Shown here one piece after another: positions 47,150 to 60,384 of a stretch of DNA of 64,000 nt. Each line of letters opens with the position of its first letter. Positions within the stretch are counted from its first letter, which is position 1. Both the position numbers and the translations under genes were made by a program. The stretch comes from Klebsormidium nitens (Eukaryota > Plantae > Klebsormidiophyceae), in NCBI GenBank assembly GCA_000708835.1, contig DF237407.1, forward strand, positions 13,414 through 77,413. Reading direction: 5' to 3'. The notes under the pieces are model-generated. The model was not told the DNA's origin. It was given only the letters and a program-made list of their open reading frames with translations, and did not search any database.

Positions 47150-49180
47150 AGACTTAGAGGAGCACATGAATTGCGGTCTGATATGCACGGACGTCGCGCT
47201 TTAGCAGCAAACGTGGGGCCTCAGTTTCAAGACATACAAAGATAAGTGGTCCGGCGGTATGCGCTGGCCACCGTACTGAACTTACATCAAAGCCTCGCTT
47301 CGTTCTGCGACATGTCATGATGGAAGTAAGCGACCAACGAATCGTGGTGCTTGCAAGTGCTTGCAAGTGCTTTTCAATGAAAACAGTCCCACGTCAAAGG
47401 GCACTTTAGCAGCAATCTCAGCAATACCATAGGTATTACGGAGTAGACCGTAAAATTCCAACTGGAAGAACCCAGTAGGCGATGAACGTGCAGAAGGAAG
47501 ATTCATTGATCTACAGTCGACTAGATTTAAGTCGAAAGGAGGCTGTAAATCCTAGGTTAACTTTACTTTCAAATAGGACCGGGCCTGGGTCCTCGAAACA
47601 AAAGTGAAAGAAAATCAAATATCGTAAGGACGAGGAAGTCCGATGTGTACAGTAATGTTGCTTCGCGGAAAGATTGGGCCTGGCAAACAGTGACTGCTTT
47701 GATGTGGATTTTATTTCCATTTTCGGAAAGGCGAGACTGCATTAGTATGCTTCAAAGAAAGGTCAAAGGAGCCCTCGGGTCGTGCTTCAGGCTCCGTTCG
47801 CGTCGCTGACGTTCGCACTCGGCGCTGCTCGCTCGAAGCTGATTCATTAGGCATTTGATTGCAAGACGTAGAAAACCTAGCGGAAAAACGAGTCACCAAC
47901 TCCATAACTACACGCTGACGTTGGAAAAGGAGCGTCAGCTTTGTCACCCCCCACTTCTGTGCGTGGAAGAATCACATCTCCGGGGGCGTTACATCGTTGC
48001 TGCCAACAAGGATTTGGAAGCGTGTTTCAAGTCGCTCTTCTGTTTCTTAAGGTGGGCAGACGTGGTTGATTGATAAGAAATAACGTCAGCATCATTGTTA
48101 CGAAGGCCGTCAATCTGTCTCTTGTTGCGGTCACTAGGTGCTCCGTCGTACGATTGCGAAGGAACTCCGAACCAGGCCAGCGAAATAAGGGAACCGTTAC
48201 ATCGGGGCCAGTACATATGCGCCGCGGGAAGTAAAAACTATCGGCTTGATTTTGACATCAGCTGCATGGCACAACAATATCATCAGACCTTTTGAGAGAT
48301 CGCTCCATTCCAGAATGATTGGCTTGCAGCGCTCTTGAAAAGAACCGGAAAAACTTGGTACTAAAGTACAAATTCTTGGAAACTCGGGCTCAATGTCATA
48401 GGGCTGGTCTTAGAGTCTAGTTCAAACGGCATCACTTTTGAGAGGCTCGTTGGCGGAGCAGACAAAGACCCAAGTGTCAGTGTAGTACACCACTGCCATC
48501 ATGACCCTTCGCTTCAATTCGAGGCAAATCGTGATCACCGTTAGGCTGCCAAAATAATCCTACAAAATCTGGCAAAGCCAGCAATGACTTTTCTACCAAA
48601 ATCCGCCAGTCTAGACTTGCATTCCGGAAGTTTGCATCTCTTGCTTGCCAAGCCTGGAAGCTGCAAAACGGCAACGGATCTCGTTTTGTGGTTGGCACAG
48701 GCGGATCTAGTGCCTGTTTGTAAGGAAGGAAAGCTCTCCAGAATACAAACGTCTTTGGATGCGAGCTTTCTCGATGATGTGTGGGAGCTGCCAAAACCTT
48801 CAGAGCACCCATCCGCTGCTTTCGCAGGAGCCTTAGGAGGCCCGAATCCTGGATAATTCGCATCATGGGCAAAGAATTGGCGAAAAAAGGTGCTATTCAA
48901 TCCTGAGCGCACAATGGCGTTGATCGAAAGTAGGCACCAAATCTTTCTTTCTAAAAACAGCACTGATGAGGACTTTTAAGTAGGAAGGCCTAGTCTCATC
49001 TGCCAAGCTTCCTGCGCTCTTGATTTTCTCCGCACTCAGTTCCTGTCTCATCTCAACAAAAAAGATAGTGACTTTGTCATGTGGGTATCCGCGCACTGGA
49101 TACAAATTCAAGTAGCAGCTAGTAAAGTTGGGCTCGGTGCAGAAATGGTAATTGCTCGCCAGCGATCATGTGCAAAGATC
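47150..49180 (+). pseudogene. Decayed intronless ORF of unknown family
   Basis: ORFs 47855-48073, 48095-48295 and 48584-48856 are in the same frame. That frame stays protein-like from about 47855 to 49180 with only isolated stops; another decayed block in a different frame lies at 47154-47560. Confidence 0.5.
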
Positions 49181-50034
49181 TGAAAGGTGCCAACTTGAAG
49201 AACAGGTCAGCAAGCAACGGTGAAGCCTTCCTGAAGACACGAACTTGACGTGGCGACTGATACACCTGCTACTAAGAGGTCACGTACTCTGAGCATTCGG
49301 ACGTAGCGGGGGCTTCGGAGACCGTGACAACCAGTAGGCCAAGCAGTCTCTGCCTTTTCGAGATTGTGAAACGCCGACATCTATTCTCGAAAAGACCGAG
49401 CGTCTGGCGCCTGGCTGCAAGGCTTTCGGCATCAGCGGGCAGGAACAATGCTCGTGGGCCGCCAAAAATAGACATACACCCAAGTTCTCAGGCCGCATCG
49501 TTGCCGGGGCGTTCTGAACGGGCAAGCAGAGACATCATGGAACAGGCTAAGTAAAGCCGCATCACAAATGCAGAAGAGCTCGTCCGATCACAGAACACTG
49601 TGTCGGAGTCACAGACGTGATTGGCCTTGGACAGAAAATTTTGCCTACCAAAGATTTTCGCAACCTCAGCCCGAAGTACGTCTCGGTGCCATCAGGATAT
49701 CAGTCCCTTCCGGAGACGATGACAGCAGGGCGCCTTCAAACGGTGGCATCTCAGAGTCTCCTCGTAAAGTGCCGTCAGGAAGCTCAAGTCACTGGAAGCA
49801 TACTTTTAATCAATTAGCGATGGAACAAGCGAACTAGTGCAGAAAGAGAGGTTCAGCGAGTCTGCAAACGCCTCAAAAGCAAAGGTTGAAGGTCAAAACT
49901 TTCCAGGATGCTACTTCGTTTGCAAGATAAAGACGGTGTCTCGATTATTCTAGATCTACACTTCAACGTCCTGACAAGAGAGTCGGTGAGTTAAGGTGCT
50001 GGATCACAGCTCCCGCGTGTATAAGGAGAGCTAG

Positions 50035-50790
50035 CCCGTACAATTCGCGCGCGCGCGCGAGTCGCTCGCGCGGGCCCACCGCACGCATCGCCAGGCCTCC
50101 AAGGACTTGCGTTGTCAAGGGCAGAGGCGACTCGGGCAGAACCGCCCACCAGGCTAAGTTGATGGAAGGAGTTCAAGACTCTCACCCCTTCACGAAGCTT
50201 CTTAATTGTGTCTCAGTCTGCACGGTAGTCAACCTTTCTTTGAAAGATATATCCATCTTTCAATAGGACATGTATTTTAATGCAAAGATTTCAAGAGTCC
50301 GAGATGAGGTAAGCTGAAGAACTGCTCTTCAAGAATATCATGGCTCATTCATACGCACTTACAGTGGTCAGACTCAACGTGCCAGTCGGAGTTAATCCGG
50401 TCACTGCCTTCTTAGTGGCACTTCAAACTCAGCAGAGTTGTCGCTCCTATCTAGCCAAGGTGCACCGCTGAACTGATGCTCCTTTCCGTTTCAAAAAAGC
50501 ACTATGAAGCGGAAAATGTACAATTAGGAGAAGACAAGTCTAGGGAAAGGCCACTATGGGTATTTAGAGATTACTCTTAACATCTGAGATCATGCTTCAG
50601 AGACGCAGGTCCGAACAATCCGCTCAACTAATTACCCACGCGTCGATGTTTGTAATTCTGCTGAGCGGAGGATGAGGTGAAAAAGCAAATGAACGCGGGG
50701 CGGCGTGGCGCGGGCTCGCGCGCGGCTGCGCCTTAAGAAGCGCGCGCAATTATAGCGAAAGTGGCCTAAGCTCATGCGAATTCGAGCGCG
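50035..50790. other. Two CGCG-rich islands (50035-50100 and 50695-50790)
   Basis: caattcgcgcgcgcgcgcgagtcgctcgcgcggg and gcgcgggctcgcgcgcggctgcgcc...gcgcgcgcaatt, in otherwise AT-richer sequence. Confidence 0.6.
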
Positions 50791-51469
50791 ACAACGCCGT
50801 CACATGCAGTAGGAAATACGGAAACTAGAAACAAGCAAGGATGAAAGAAAACCAAACGGATTAAGGGTTGAGGCGTCAGAAGTGCTCAAAGAAGAGTACG
50901 TGCCTGATGGGCAGAAGCGGAGAGCAGACATGAATCACCGCCGCCGCCCGCTCTCGAAATGGAATCGGTCGAAGACGCTTCCCTATTGAACATCATTGAA
51001 AAATTTAGATTGTCTTCACAGACAGGTCGGGTGGGATCCACTAAAGCAGACTGTCAATCGTAACATTGGGAAAGTGACAAATGTCTTGTAACTTTGGGAA
51101 AGTGTTAAATCCATATTTTTGAATAATGATTCAAGCCCACTACGCCTTGAAATCTTGAAGCTGCAGTCAGGCACAGGCCACGCATAGGCTTGGGTCGTTT
51201 GCCGGGAACCGCCTTCGAGACAAAGGTGCTGGTGTGCCTGGACGGCAGCCCATCTTTTGTTTCAAACGATGGTACGGAAATCCACAAAGTGACAGGTACG
51301 CATCCATGGGGAAACAAATCGAGACGACTTACGTGCCGTGCCTATAACGCAAGCTGAATGAGTGGCAAATGAGTGGCACCTGCCAAATTGGTGTGATGCG
51401 CTGTCCACGCTGGGACCGAAATGGGCGCTGAAGAACGAGATTGAAAAACAGCTTAGCGTTCGGCAGCGT

Positions 51470-51590
51470 TCCGGCTGCGCGCGCCGTTCGCGGCGCGGCC
51501 GCGAGCGCTTCTACGCGCCAAGCGGGCCGGCGCGCGGGCATGCGTGTGAGGACGGATCGAGCGGTGAGATCGAGACGTGCGCATCGGTCC
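51470..51590. other. CGCG-rich island
   Basis: ccggctgcgcgcgccgttcgcggcgcggccgcgagcgc...ggcgcgcgggc. Confidence 0.6.
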
Positions 51591-52539
51591 AACACGACTG
51601 ATCCGTTTCTGGCACGAGAGTGATTTCTATCTTAAAAAAACTTGGGAGTACCCACCCGAAACGAGGTCGCGTGCACAACTCCGCATGCACCTCGATCGAG
51701 ACCCTGTAGTGCACCCAAGTGCGCCATCAAATCCAGATCGACGAGCTTTGTGCCGTCATGCGAATCCAGTACACACGAAGAAACCAACCACAAAAAACTA
51801 GGCTGATGATCGTATGTCCGTCGAGACTGCGAGCTAGGACATGCAGCCCCATCGTTCCGGCCAAAATGGTTGATGTAAAATCTGATCTCTGTACCTCGAA
51901 CTTGGAGTATTCAAACACTGACAGCATAGCACTTGGTCTCGCTTGATACTGAAGATACACAGATTTGGAAATGAACAGCAGAATAACAACCTGTTGCCAG
52001 AAGCCTCACAATACGGCTGTCAAAAGGCGTGGGCGCCGACTATGTGCGGACGCCGGTGCTCCAATTCATGTCGGCATCAATCCGCTGGGAAGCCTTCTGG
52101 CGCCTTGGGCCTTATAAAACTCAGTAGAGCCAAGAATCACTTGCCATACAACGTACCCTTGAGATCACTCAGATAGCTCTTCAAATTGGCTGTGAGGGGA
52201 ATGAACTAGAGATTCGGTTTTCAGGTTGAACTCAAATCAAGCACCGCACTCCAGGACTCACAGTAAGGTCGCAACCGGAAGATGGGGCCACAAGCGAGCG
52301 GTGGCAAGGGAGCAAGCGGGGGGCACGCGCAGATGCTGTATCAAAAGCAGCTAACATCCGGATGAAGTTAGCGCTCGTGTCGCGGGGACGTCATACTACT
52401 GGGTCTGAGTCGTTCATCAGCGCCTGGCCGAAATCTTGCACTTGCTGGACTGATTTGCAAAACCGGAAGAATAGTCAGCAAATTGGAGGAGGCCGCTCGA
52501 GCCAGAAGCAGAATGTCAGGACGTTTCAAACTAGACTCA

Positions 52540-55500
52540 GGCTGTCAGGCTCGACATTACCGCCGCGCGCCAACTTTCGTAGAGATAGAACACCACATTA
52601 TGGCCGGAGCCGTGATCTTTCCCGCTGACATCATGTTGAAAAGTCTCCAAGGATGCATTGGTGACAAGAATAAAAGACCGTTTCTTGTGAGAGGTTGGCA
52701 CGAGCCTCCCTTCACGTTCTGGCATATTCCGATTCAAGCACAATATCCCTAGCATATTAAATATTGTCATGTTTGTAAGGTCAAGCGGCATCAGCTCGGT
52801 AAGGCCGTCCATTTTGCTGCCGTCTCTAGCTTGCGAGTTTGATTGGATCAAGGTTTGGGCGACAGGGAAAAAAGCGACCCTGGCAACAACTTTTATCTGA
52901 GAGCACTACGTACAAGAATCATAGACGGTATCGTGACGGCGTCACGTTTGTGCTACATTTGCGTCAGTTAGAAGCACTGCAAGTCATGCGAACACATCAC
53001 CGCCTCTTCAAAGATATGCGCTCACAAATATGCGCTCATCCGCCAGCCCTGTATCCGCCAGCCTACTTGAAAGAAACGAAGGTTCGACCATAAGTGCTGC
53101 AAGCTCGGTATATATATACGGGCAGCTTGATCTAAATCTCCGGTTCTTTGCGTGCGTGAATGTGTTTTCAACTGGGCTTCAACTAGGCTTCGCGTGCGCC
53201 CACGGGCCGGAGCCCTAACTTCATGGTACGGAACTTTACAAGGAGGACGCAAAAGATCACGGCAGACCTACCGAAAGTAATCCGACGAATTTAAGAGGAC
53301 CAGCTTTAAAACAATTGAATGAAAGATGCCATTTATCACGGTACCCCATGCTAAAGCCAGAAGATGCTTGCGAAAAAGGACTTGCGATTTGAAGCTTGGG
53401 AAGTCGTGAGAAAAGCGAACTTGAGGCAATCGACCTTCCGAAGAAGCACTGTAAACCTCGTAATTTTGTGGCATCATGTCGAACCTAAAGAACAGCTTCT
53501 CTTAGCGGCACAACGACCAAGGTGGGTGCTCATCATTGCCAATAAGTTTATCAAAACAATCTTCTCACAAATCCGACAAATCGGCGACTGAGGCTTGTGA
53601 TGAGACATCGGATGCGCCACCATCTGGAGCGCCGACGGTGCCAAGAGCATTGGCCGTCAGCTGAGTCGACTCACAGTACACGCCCTACTTCCTGTAGGCC
53701 GAAATAGTTCATTATTGAGTCCTTCAAAGAGGTTAGCTCGAGGTATTCAGTGCTGGCCGGCTCTCCGACTTGCTGACTTGCACTCTGAGTCCTAACCGGC
53801 CAACCCAAAACGCAACCCATCTGAGCGGTACCTTCATAATATTTTTTATAGCCCAATTGCCCACGTAGTAGTCAGCTCCTCCCTCGACCCGATTTCTAAC
53901 GAAGCACTCGTTAGAGGTGCAGCACATTATTGCAGCTTCTCCTAGTGCTCCTCATGTTGAGTCTGAGTACCCAAGCCTTTGCACCAGGCCTCTTGGTCAT
54001 CGCCGCGCATGCTAACTGTCAAAAAAAGCATTCGCCAGCCTGAAAGGACGGGTGGGTCCGGCTTTCTCGTTCAAACCTCACACTGATTCAGGGGCATCGT
54101 TCAAGCCTGAGACGCGAAAGGGCTTGGAACCAGGAAAGAAGTTGAACCAACGGACCACTGCTTAATTTAGAAAATTGAGATCTTATCTAGACCAATATGA
54201 CTGGTCGGAAACAGCACCAAGGACAGAGCGCTGGATCACGTTACTGGTTGGCGACCAAAAGTAAACTAAAGCTAAAACTAAAAAGTTTAGCTAGCAGATC
54301 AGCTGGCTCCCCATCAGCCCGCGAGGTTTTCCTCTAAGAGAAGAAATAGTCATTTGTGGTCTGCCGTTTGGGTAAGCGCCCACGGATTCACCAGAAAAAC
54401 AATCTGTAACGACTGGGAAATACCGCAAAGGAAGCAAAGCGTCGTACCCCGGGTTGATCCGCTGATGCCTCGGTCGCTCAATGGCTGCACCAGCAGTAAT
54501 AATCCAATCACCAATATTATGGTGAGGAATGCTTTTAAAGATCATTGCCGTGCTATTTTCCCAATAAGCTTCGCAGGACCGATGCAAATATTGAGAGGGA
54601 GGCTGGACTAAGGATGAATGGATGTCAGTCAAGGCCTAGAAAAAGGACGAGAGCCCGGCCTCAGACTCGATAAGCGAACTCTCTAGCCCGCGCAGAAACC
54701 GAGAAGAGAAACCAAATTAGTTGGGACGCTATTTCCACGACGTAGTTGATAAGACTGCTTGCATGCGGCTGGCCAACCCACCTGATCCATAGATCGTAGT
54801 TGACGAGCCGAGCGCCAGTCCTCAAAAGCTGACCGTCCAGCAAACTCATATATCTCAGAACATCATCATGACTCGGAGGCCTCATGCATGCACATGAGAA
54901 CCCTCTCTGGCCTACTGAGGAGGCCAAAATGGGTGCATCATAGCCCCCTCGTGAAACACGTAGCCCTCCAAAATCCAAAAGAAACGGAAGTTTCCAGCGA
55001 AGACAGACTGTGTCTGCCCACGGAGATCGAATAAATGCAGCCGCCGTCGAGCTTGATCCTGCCACGAGTCATCAGCAAGTCGACACCACCGACTCGGAGA
55101 AAGCATGTGGCTGGCTTTTGATGACCTGGTATCCCGAAAGATGTTGTATGTGAGCTGGCGGCTTACTTCCATATGGTTTGGCTGAAGGTCGTGAATAAAT
55201 ACTACAACGGCCTGAGGCCTGAACGGACTTGTGAACGACAGTCTGGCACCAGAAGACCATTCTTCGAGCAGAATGATCTTGCATATTACCCGCGCAGAAG
55301 ACGCTCACTTCCAAAGTCGACCCGGAAAACTGGAACGACAGAGCTCCGCTGGCAGAAGGATGAAGAAACTAAGCAGCATGCAGCGGGAATAGACACTAAC
55401 ACAGGATACGTTTCTGCGCAAATCCCAATACGCTTGCATCATGGCTGAATCCGAAGGAACGCTCTTCAGTATTTGCAAGTTTGAGTACGATGATGGATGG

Positions 55501-55700
55501 ACCGAGTTCATTTTGTTTATCCAGTCTAAAAGGGATACTGCAGACTCAAAGCGATCACGCATCTGTCCTGCAGCTCCAGTCACCGGTTCTTCAAGTATGC
55601 CCCGTTGGAACCTAAGTTGGCCCCCAACAGGAGATTATCGACCCGTCATTGCTGAAGTAACAGACAACCCGAGAAAGCTTTCAAGCCCGGCCAAACCAGT
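52540..55700 (-). pseudogene. Long decayed ORF (up to about 1000 codons) of unknown family
   Basis: 55583-54912 is one frame with a single TGA in 224 codons. 54632-54291, 53477-53268 and 53252-53022 share that frame; 55065-54661 bridges in another frame. Confidence 0.5.
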
Positions 55701-56144
55701 ATCTAACAACTGATTGAAAGATGTGGCGGCTAGTATAAGATTAACAAGTTGTGGTTGCTTCTCAGCAGTTGGCGCGCTAAAGGCACACTTATGATACCTA
55801 GACGGTGCTTGCTTACTCTACGTGACCCTTCCGGCATATTCAAACGAGCTTCTTCAAAGCGGAGACGATGACAGAAGCGTACAAAGTCGACTACCTAGGG
55901 TCGCCGAGCAGAAGAAGTTGGAGAAGACTGAACAAATTAAAACAAAGCTCTGGAAGGCACAAGTCCCCAGCGTATGTGCCGGCGAGCAGGTGCCGGGACC
56001 GATTTACAGTGTACACCTCTTAAAAATGACGTACGGTTTGCAAAAAATAACAAGAAGGAACTAAACGTCTTGAAAGTACACACGCACATACTATGCGCGC
56101 GCTGGCCCATTTCGAAAGTGCCTTCAGGAGGGCGGCTCACGACG

Positions 56145-56405
56145 GTGGCGCGGGTGCGCGCGCCCAGGGGGCCATCGCCGCGCGGCGCGCGCAGTCACCG
56201 TGCTGAGCATAGTCGCGGCAGAACGCGGCTGCGGCACTCGAGTCTTCCTTTCTCGCAAACCGCGGCGGGCGGGCCGCGGCTTGCTTTGATTCGCGAGTAG
56301 CGGCCGCGGTCGAATCCCGGTACCGCGAGCGGCCGCGGCCGGCCGAGCTTGTGTGTCCTGCGCGGCGACCCGCGGCCGCCTAACGGCAGTGAGACTCGTG
56401 CGTCC
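56145..56405. other. Largest CGCG-rich island, upstream of the 55.7-52.5 kb decayed ORF
   Basis: About 260 bp with repeated gcggccgcgg / cgcgcg motifs and GCGGCTGCG at 56225. Confidence 0.6.
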
Positions 56406-56985
56406 GCGGTTGATGCAAAGTTTGCAAGGCAAAACTGCGAGACGCTTAGGTGCTGAGTGAAAGTACGAGCAGAGGATATTTCAACCGGCTCTCTGGGGAG
56501 TGATTCAGTGAGTGAAGTCTAACACGTGGGAGCTGGAGGAGGACCTGGAAGACCAGATAGAAACGAGTTTGGGGGGGATTTTTTGGGGGGGATTTTGGAA
56601 GGAGGAACATTGAACCGACGCCCGGCAAAAAAAGTGGGTGGACCGAGCCAAATCCGGGATGCTAGTGAGGGCGCGGCTTCAAATATGCGCACCTTATCTT
56701 CGAAGCTAGACGATTTGAAAGTGCTCAAAGCTGAACCGGGGTGGATCGTACGTTAAGCGAATCACAGCGCACGCTATTTGTGATCATGCGGGACTTACCG
56801 CACAAATAGTTAAGCTTCAGTTGAACTTTGGTTGAGCTTTGGTTGAGCGGGACGCGTCCTTGAGAGCATATTGGCCGAATGAAGACAGCGTGGCATTAGG
56901 CACTGTCGTGACGTCTTCCGATGTCCATGTTGAATAGCAGGGTTTTGTTGCACGTTAAATATCACGGCCACGTTGCAGAGTATTT

Positions 56986-59311
56986 TTAGTAGTGTTCTAT
57001 GAAAAATGAAGGCGCGATTGTTATGAATGCCATCCCATCAATCCCGTCGTGTAAACATCGATGAATGCCAAGGGTCGGACGTTGAGCTATACTTTGAGGA
57101 ACGTTTTCGGGTGCGGTGGTCTGGGCAGCGACAATGCTCCAGTCGGCCGTTTCCGCTTCGAAGCACAAATGATCAAACCGGAGCTGTATCGGTGACGACT
57201 GCGCTTCTTCCGAAAGCTGCTTGTTGTAGTGCATCACGGGACGTGCGGGATTCCACGAGCAACCAGAGAAAGTGCGCAAGAACCAGACAGAGTAGCTAGG
57301 AAGGATGATTTTTGCCGCCGCATAGCGGCTCCGTAACGGAATCAAGATAGAGATGTCAAGCGCGTGAAATCGAACAAGCTGGCTACAGGGCTGCCTTTAA
57401 TTAATCATCAGATTAAGCAAAGTAGCGTCAAGACTTCCGAGCATCTGCCGGCGCACGATGCGAAAACGATTCAGGCGATTGAAAGTCTAGGGGAAAGGCA
57501 TCAAATACTGAAAAGACCCATTGGAACGCTCTGCACCTCGCCTTGTCATGGCATCAGGCTGACAAGAAAGAGGCAGCGCGTCCTTGCCACACGATGGCTA
57601 GCGCATGTCACTTAATCATTGCCACAGGCCGTTTCTTCAACAAGTCGTGAAAAGTTTCGACCATCAAACATCATCAGCACTTTCTTAGTTTGTAACCGTC
57701 CATTCACAGGTCCAGCTGTGAACGAGATGATACGCTATGAGTCGCCCAGTAACGTGCATTTTATCTTGCTGCGCTCTGAGATCGGGTTAGATTTCAGCCG
57801 CTGATTTTCCCAAGACTGCTCTAGTCGAATTTTGATACAATTATTCTGACGGCCTTACTTGAAGATCCAACTTCCCATGCCTGAAGGAATGAAGGAAGTC
57901 CCACTAGAAGACTTATACTGCCTATCTCCGTCGGACGAGTGCTGGCGTCAGGCTGGGATATTATAGTTCCCTCACTGCAGTTGTCTTTGCCTGGTTCACC
58001 CTAGGCAAAGCTGCGCTATATCTTCGGATCCAGTCTTCCTCCTCCGACCAACACGAGAAGACTAGCAAAAATTTGATTCTCGTCGATATTTGACCAGGAA
58101 CGTCGATATAATCTCCCTCATCAGCCCAGGTATTCCCACACGTGCTTCGAGCGGAGCTTATTGAGAGCTACTACTAAGAGCTTTAGTAGATATATATGAA
58201 CGAGCGGTCCACTGATTTCACGAAGCGAACGTCTTCGATCAAGAAACCTAAGACAGCGCACGTTCGGTCGACTTCAAGTTCCTGGACGCTCCAATTCCTA
58301 GCCTTCAAGTTGTCGTCGCAGGAAGAGTTGGCTTTCAAACCTTCACTCACGGTGTCACGTGCAAGATGCAGACAACAGTTGCTCGTGAGCAGACGCCCTG
58401 AGAAACCTAAATTATACAAAGCTTTTCAAGCTCTTCTACGTTTAGAGATTTGATTTATCAAAATGTCTCTCGCGCCTGATTACGTACAACTTTTAATGGA
58501 AGTCGGACAGATGCAGCACGAAAAGGCAAAGGCGTCAGCTACAAGCAAACGAGAACAATATCTGCAGCTCAGAAATTGGAGGAACGGCGTCACGGACTGG
58601 CGGGTGTCCCATACTGTTGCCTTATGATCGGCATAAACATTGCGTATAAGCATCATAACCACCCTTAAAGAAGTAGAATGGTGGGCGCTGCATGCCCAGC
58701 TTAGCAGGCGACAGCTTGCCAGCCGCGGGTACGGTCTATGAGGCATCTACGGCTACGTTTGATTTTGCGGGCGGAGACGTTTGAGCAACGTCTCAGAAAT
58801 CCGGATTCTGGACGCTGCCCAGATAGGGATCTGTGTATACGTAGGCAGTGATGGGCGCGTTTGAAACATGATAGAGATTGCATGGCCGCTGGGTGCACGG
58901 CCTCAGCCCATGCGTCTCAATGCTAACTAAACTGGGCCACGCAAGTTCACGTCTCGGCCCAGAAGAAACGAGAAAGCGTCACGACCAATATTGGCATGAC
59001 AGATTCTACGCAATTCAAAGCTAGCCGCGTTGGAATGAAGATTGATTCCACACCCGCATCTAGGAACCACTGCGATAACAGTAACTCATCGCTCGTGTAA
59101 GGATAAACTTGAGAGCTTCATACATTTTTGTTTTATAAGGTTTGCAATGGTCTTCACCTGGATAACGGACTTCGAAGCTAAAGTCATTCGATGATATCTT
59201 GCAGTACTGGAGAGTGTCGAACCAATTCGTCTGGTTCCTGTGACGTATTGCCTGACAGAGGGGCAGTGGCATCAGTCCTACGTTCAAAAACTTTGGGACA
59301 TAGAGACCCAA
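56986..59311 (-). pseudogene. Decayed ORF fragments of unknown family
   Basis: Open blocks 59311-59060 and 57345-56986, plus a protein-like stretch at about 58920-58540 (…RPPFYFFKGGYDAYTQCLC…) broken by isolated stops. Confidence 0.35.
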
Positions 59312-60384
59312 GGTTCAAAGAAATAATCTCGATCCATTAAAAGGAGCCATATACATCTGGGCGCCCTGCGCAGTGGTGGATTCGACGGCTGAGCTTATGA
59401 CTTGTTGCTCAACCAGGCGTTCAACCAGCCGCCGAAGTTTCAAGTTGAGCCTACAAAACGTGCGTCCACCAGATGTTTATTCTAGCAGGCCTAACCATGG
59501 CCGAGAAAGCCCCTAGTAAGACGTGATTATTTCCGCGGTATCACTTGACCAGCCAGCATAGCAAAGGGCCGGACCCGCATGCACCTTGGCAAAGTCCTGA
59601 CCGTTATTTTAAAAGCAAAGTCGGTTTGAATTCTTATGTGATAGGTAGGACCCGACCTCTTACTCGAGTGAGCTTCCAGCCTTCTTACTAAAGACATACC
59701 GGACACGGTAGGTTTTGCGCAAAGCATGCGCACTGATTGTTTTTGATATGTATTCTATTTCAGGAGTCTCCTCTACGCACAAGGATCTGTGGCGCTCTAG
59801 TTAGGAACACGTGTGCAAGTTTGGACATATAGCGTATAGTTTCTAGGAAGTTTCGTAGAATCCGTCAGACGTTTCTAGATCGCAACATGACGTCATTAGG
59901 CTTAGCTTCGCTTAAGCAAGTACTGTCGTGTACTATTTGCATGTTTGGTACGTAACCCTGCATAAGCTATGAGTAGAGTGCAGACTGAATATAGAGTAAA
60001 ACGTGCGCGTACGCTATGCGCCTACTAGGAGTATAAAAGGACGCAACCCGGACCCTGCAGAACATTCATTGTCATTTCTAACATTCACGCTTCCGCAACA
60101 AAGCGCATTCGCAATGTAGCCCACTTCCGCAACAGCGCAAAGCAGTAGAATAGGCCCCTCGCAAAAAGTTTTAGTTTAGGACGGCTTTGTTGAGAGCCGA
60201 TCTTGGTTGGCATCAGAGGTAGGCTGGCCGGCTGTCTAGCCCGGCCACGATCCGCAGAACCGACGACTTCCGTCACGTGGAGCATCGCCCAGAGTGAACC
60301 CGGCGATCCCTGAACCGTGCTTTAGTAGCCGGTTGAACCCTGAACCAAGCAAGCTCCGCGACCATAAGCGGCGAGCTCTTGTAC

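Noticed and set aside
47960-48010. VEESHLRGRYIVAANKDL as a SET-domain start
   Set aside because: Only a short resemblance; downstream SET motifs (NHSC, ELxxDY) were not found.
53480-53540. PTLVVVPLREAVL as helicase motif Ia (RecQ-like)
   Set aside because: It lies in a frame full of stops, with no Walker A or DExH nearby; the dominant open frame is a different one.
58640-58690. FYFFKGGYDAY as a rhodanese/Cdc25-like motif
   Set aside because: Too short to assign without the rest of the domain.
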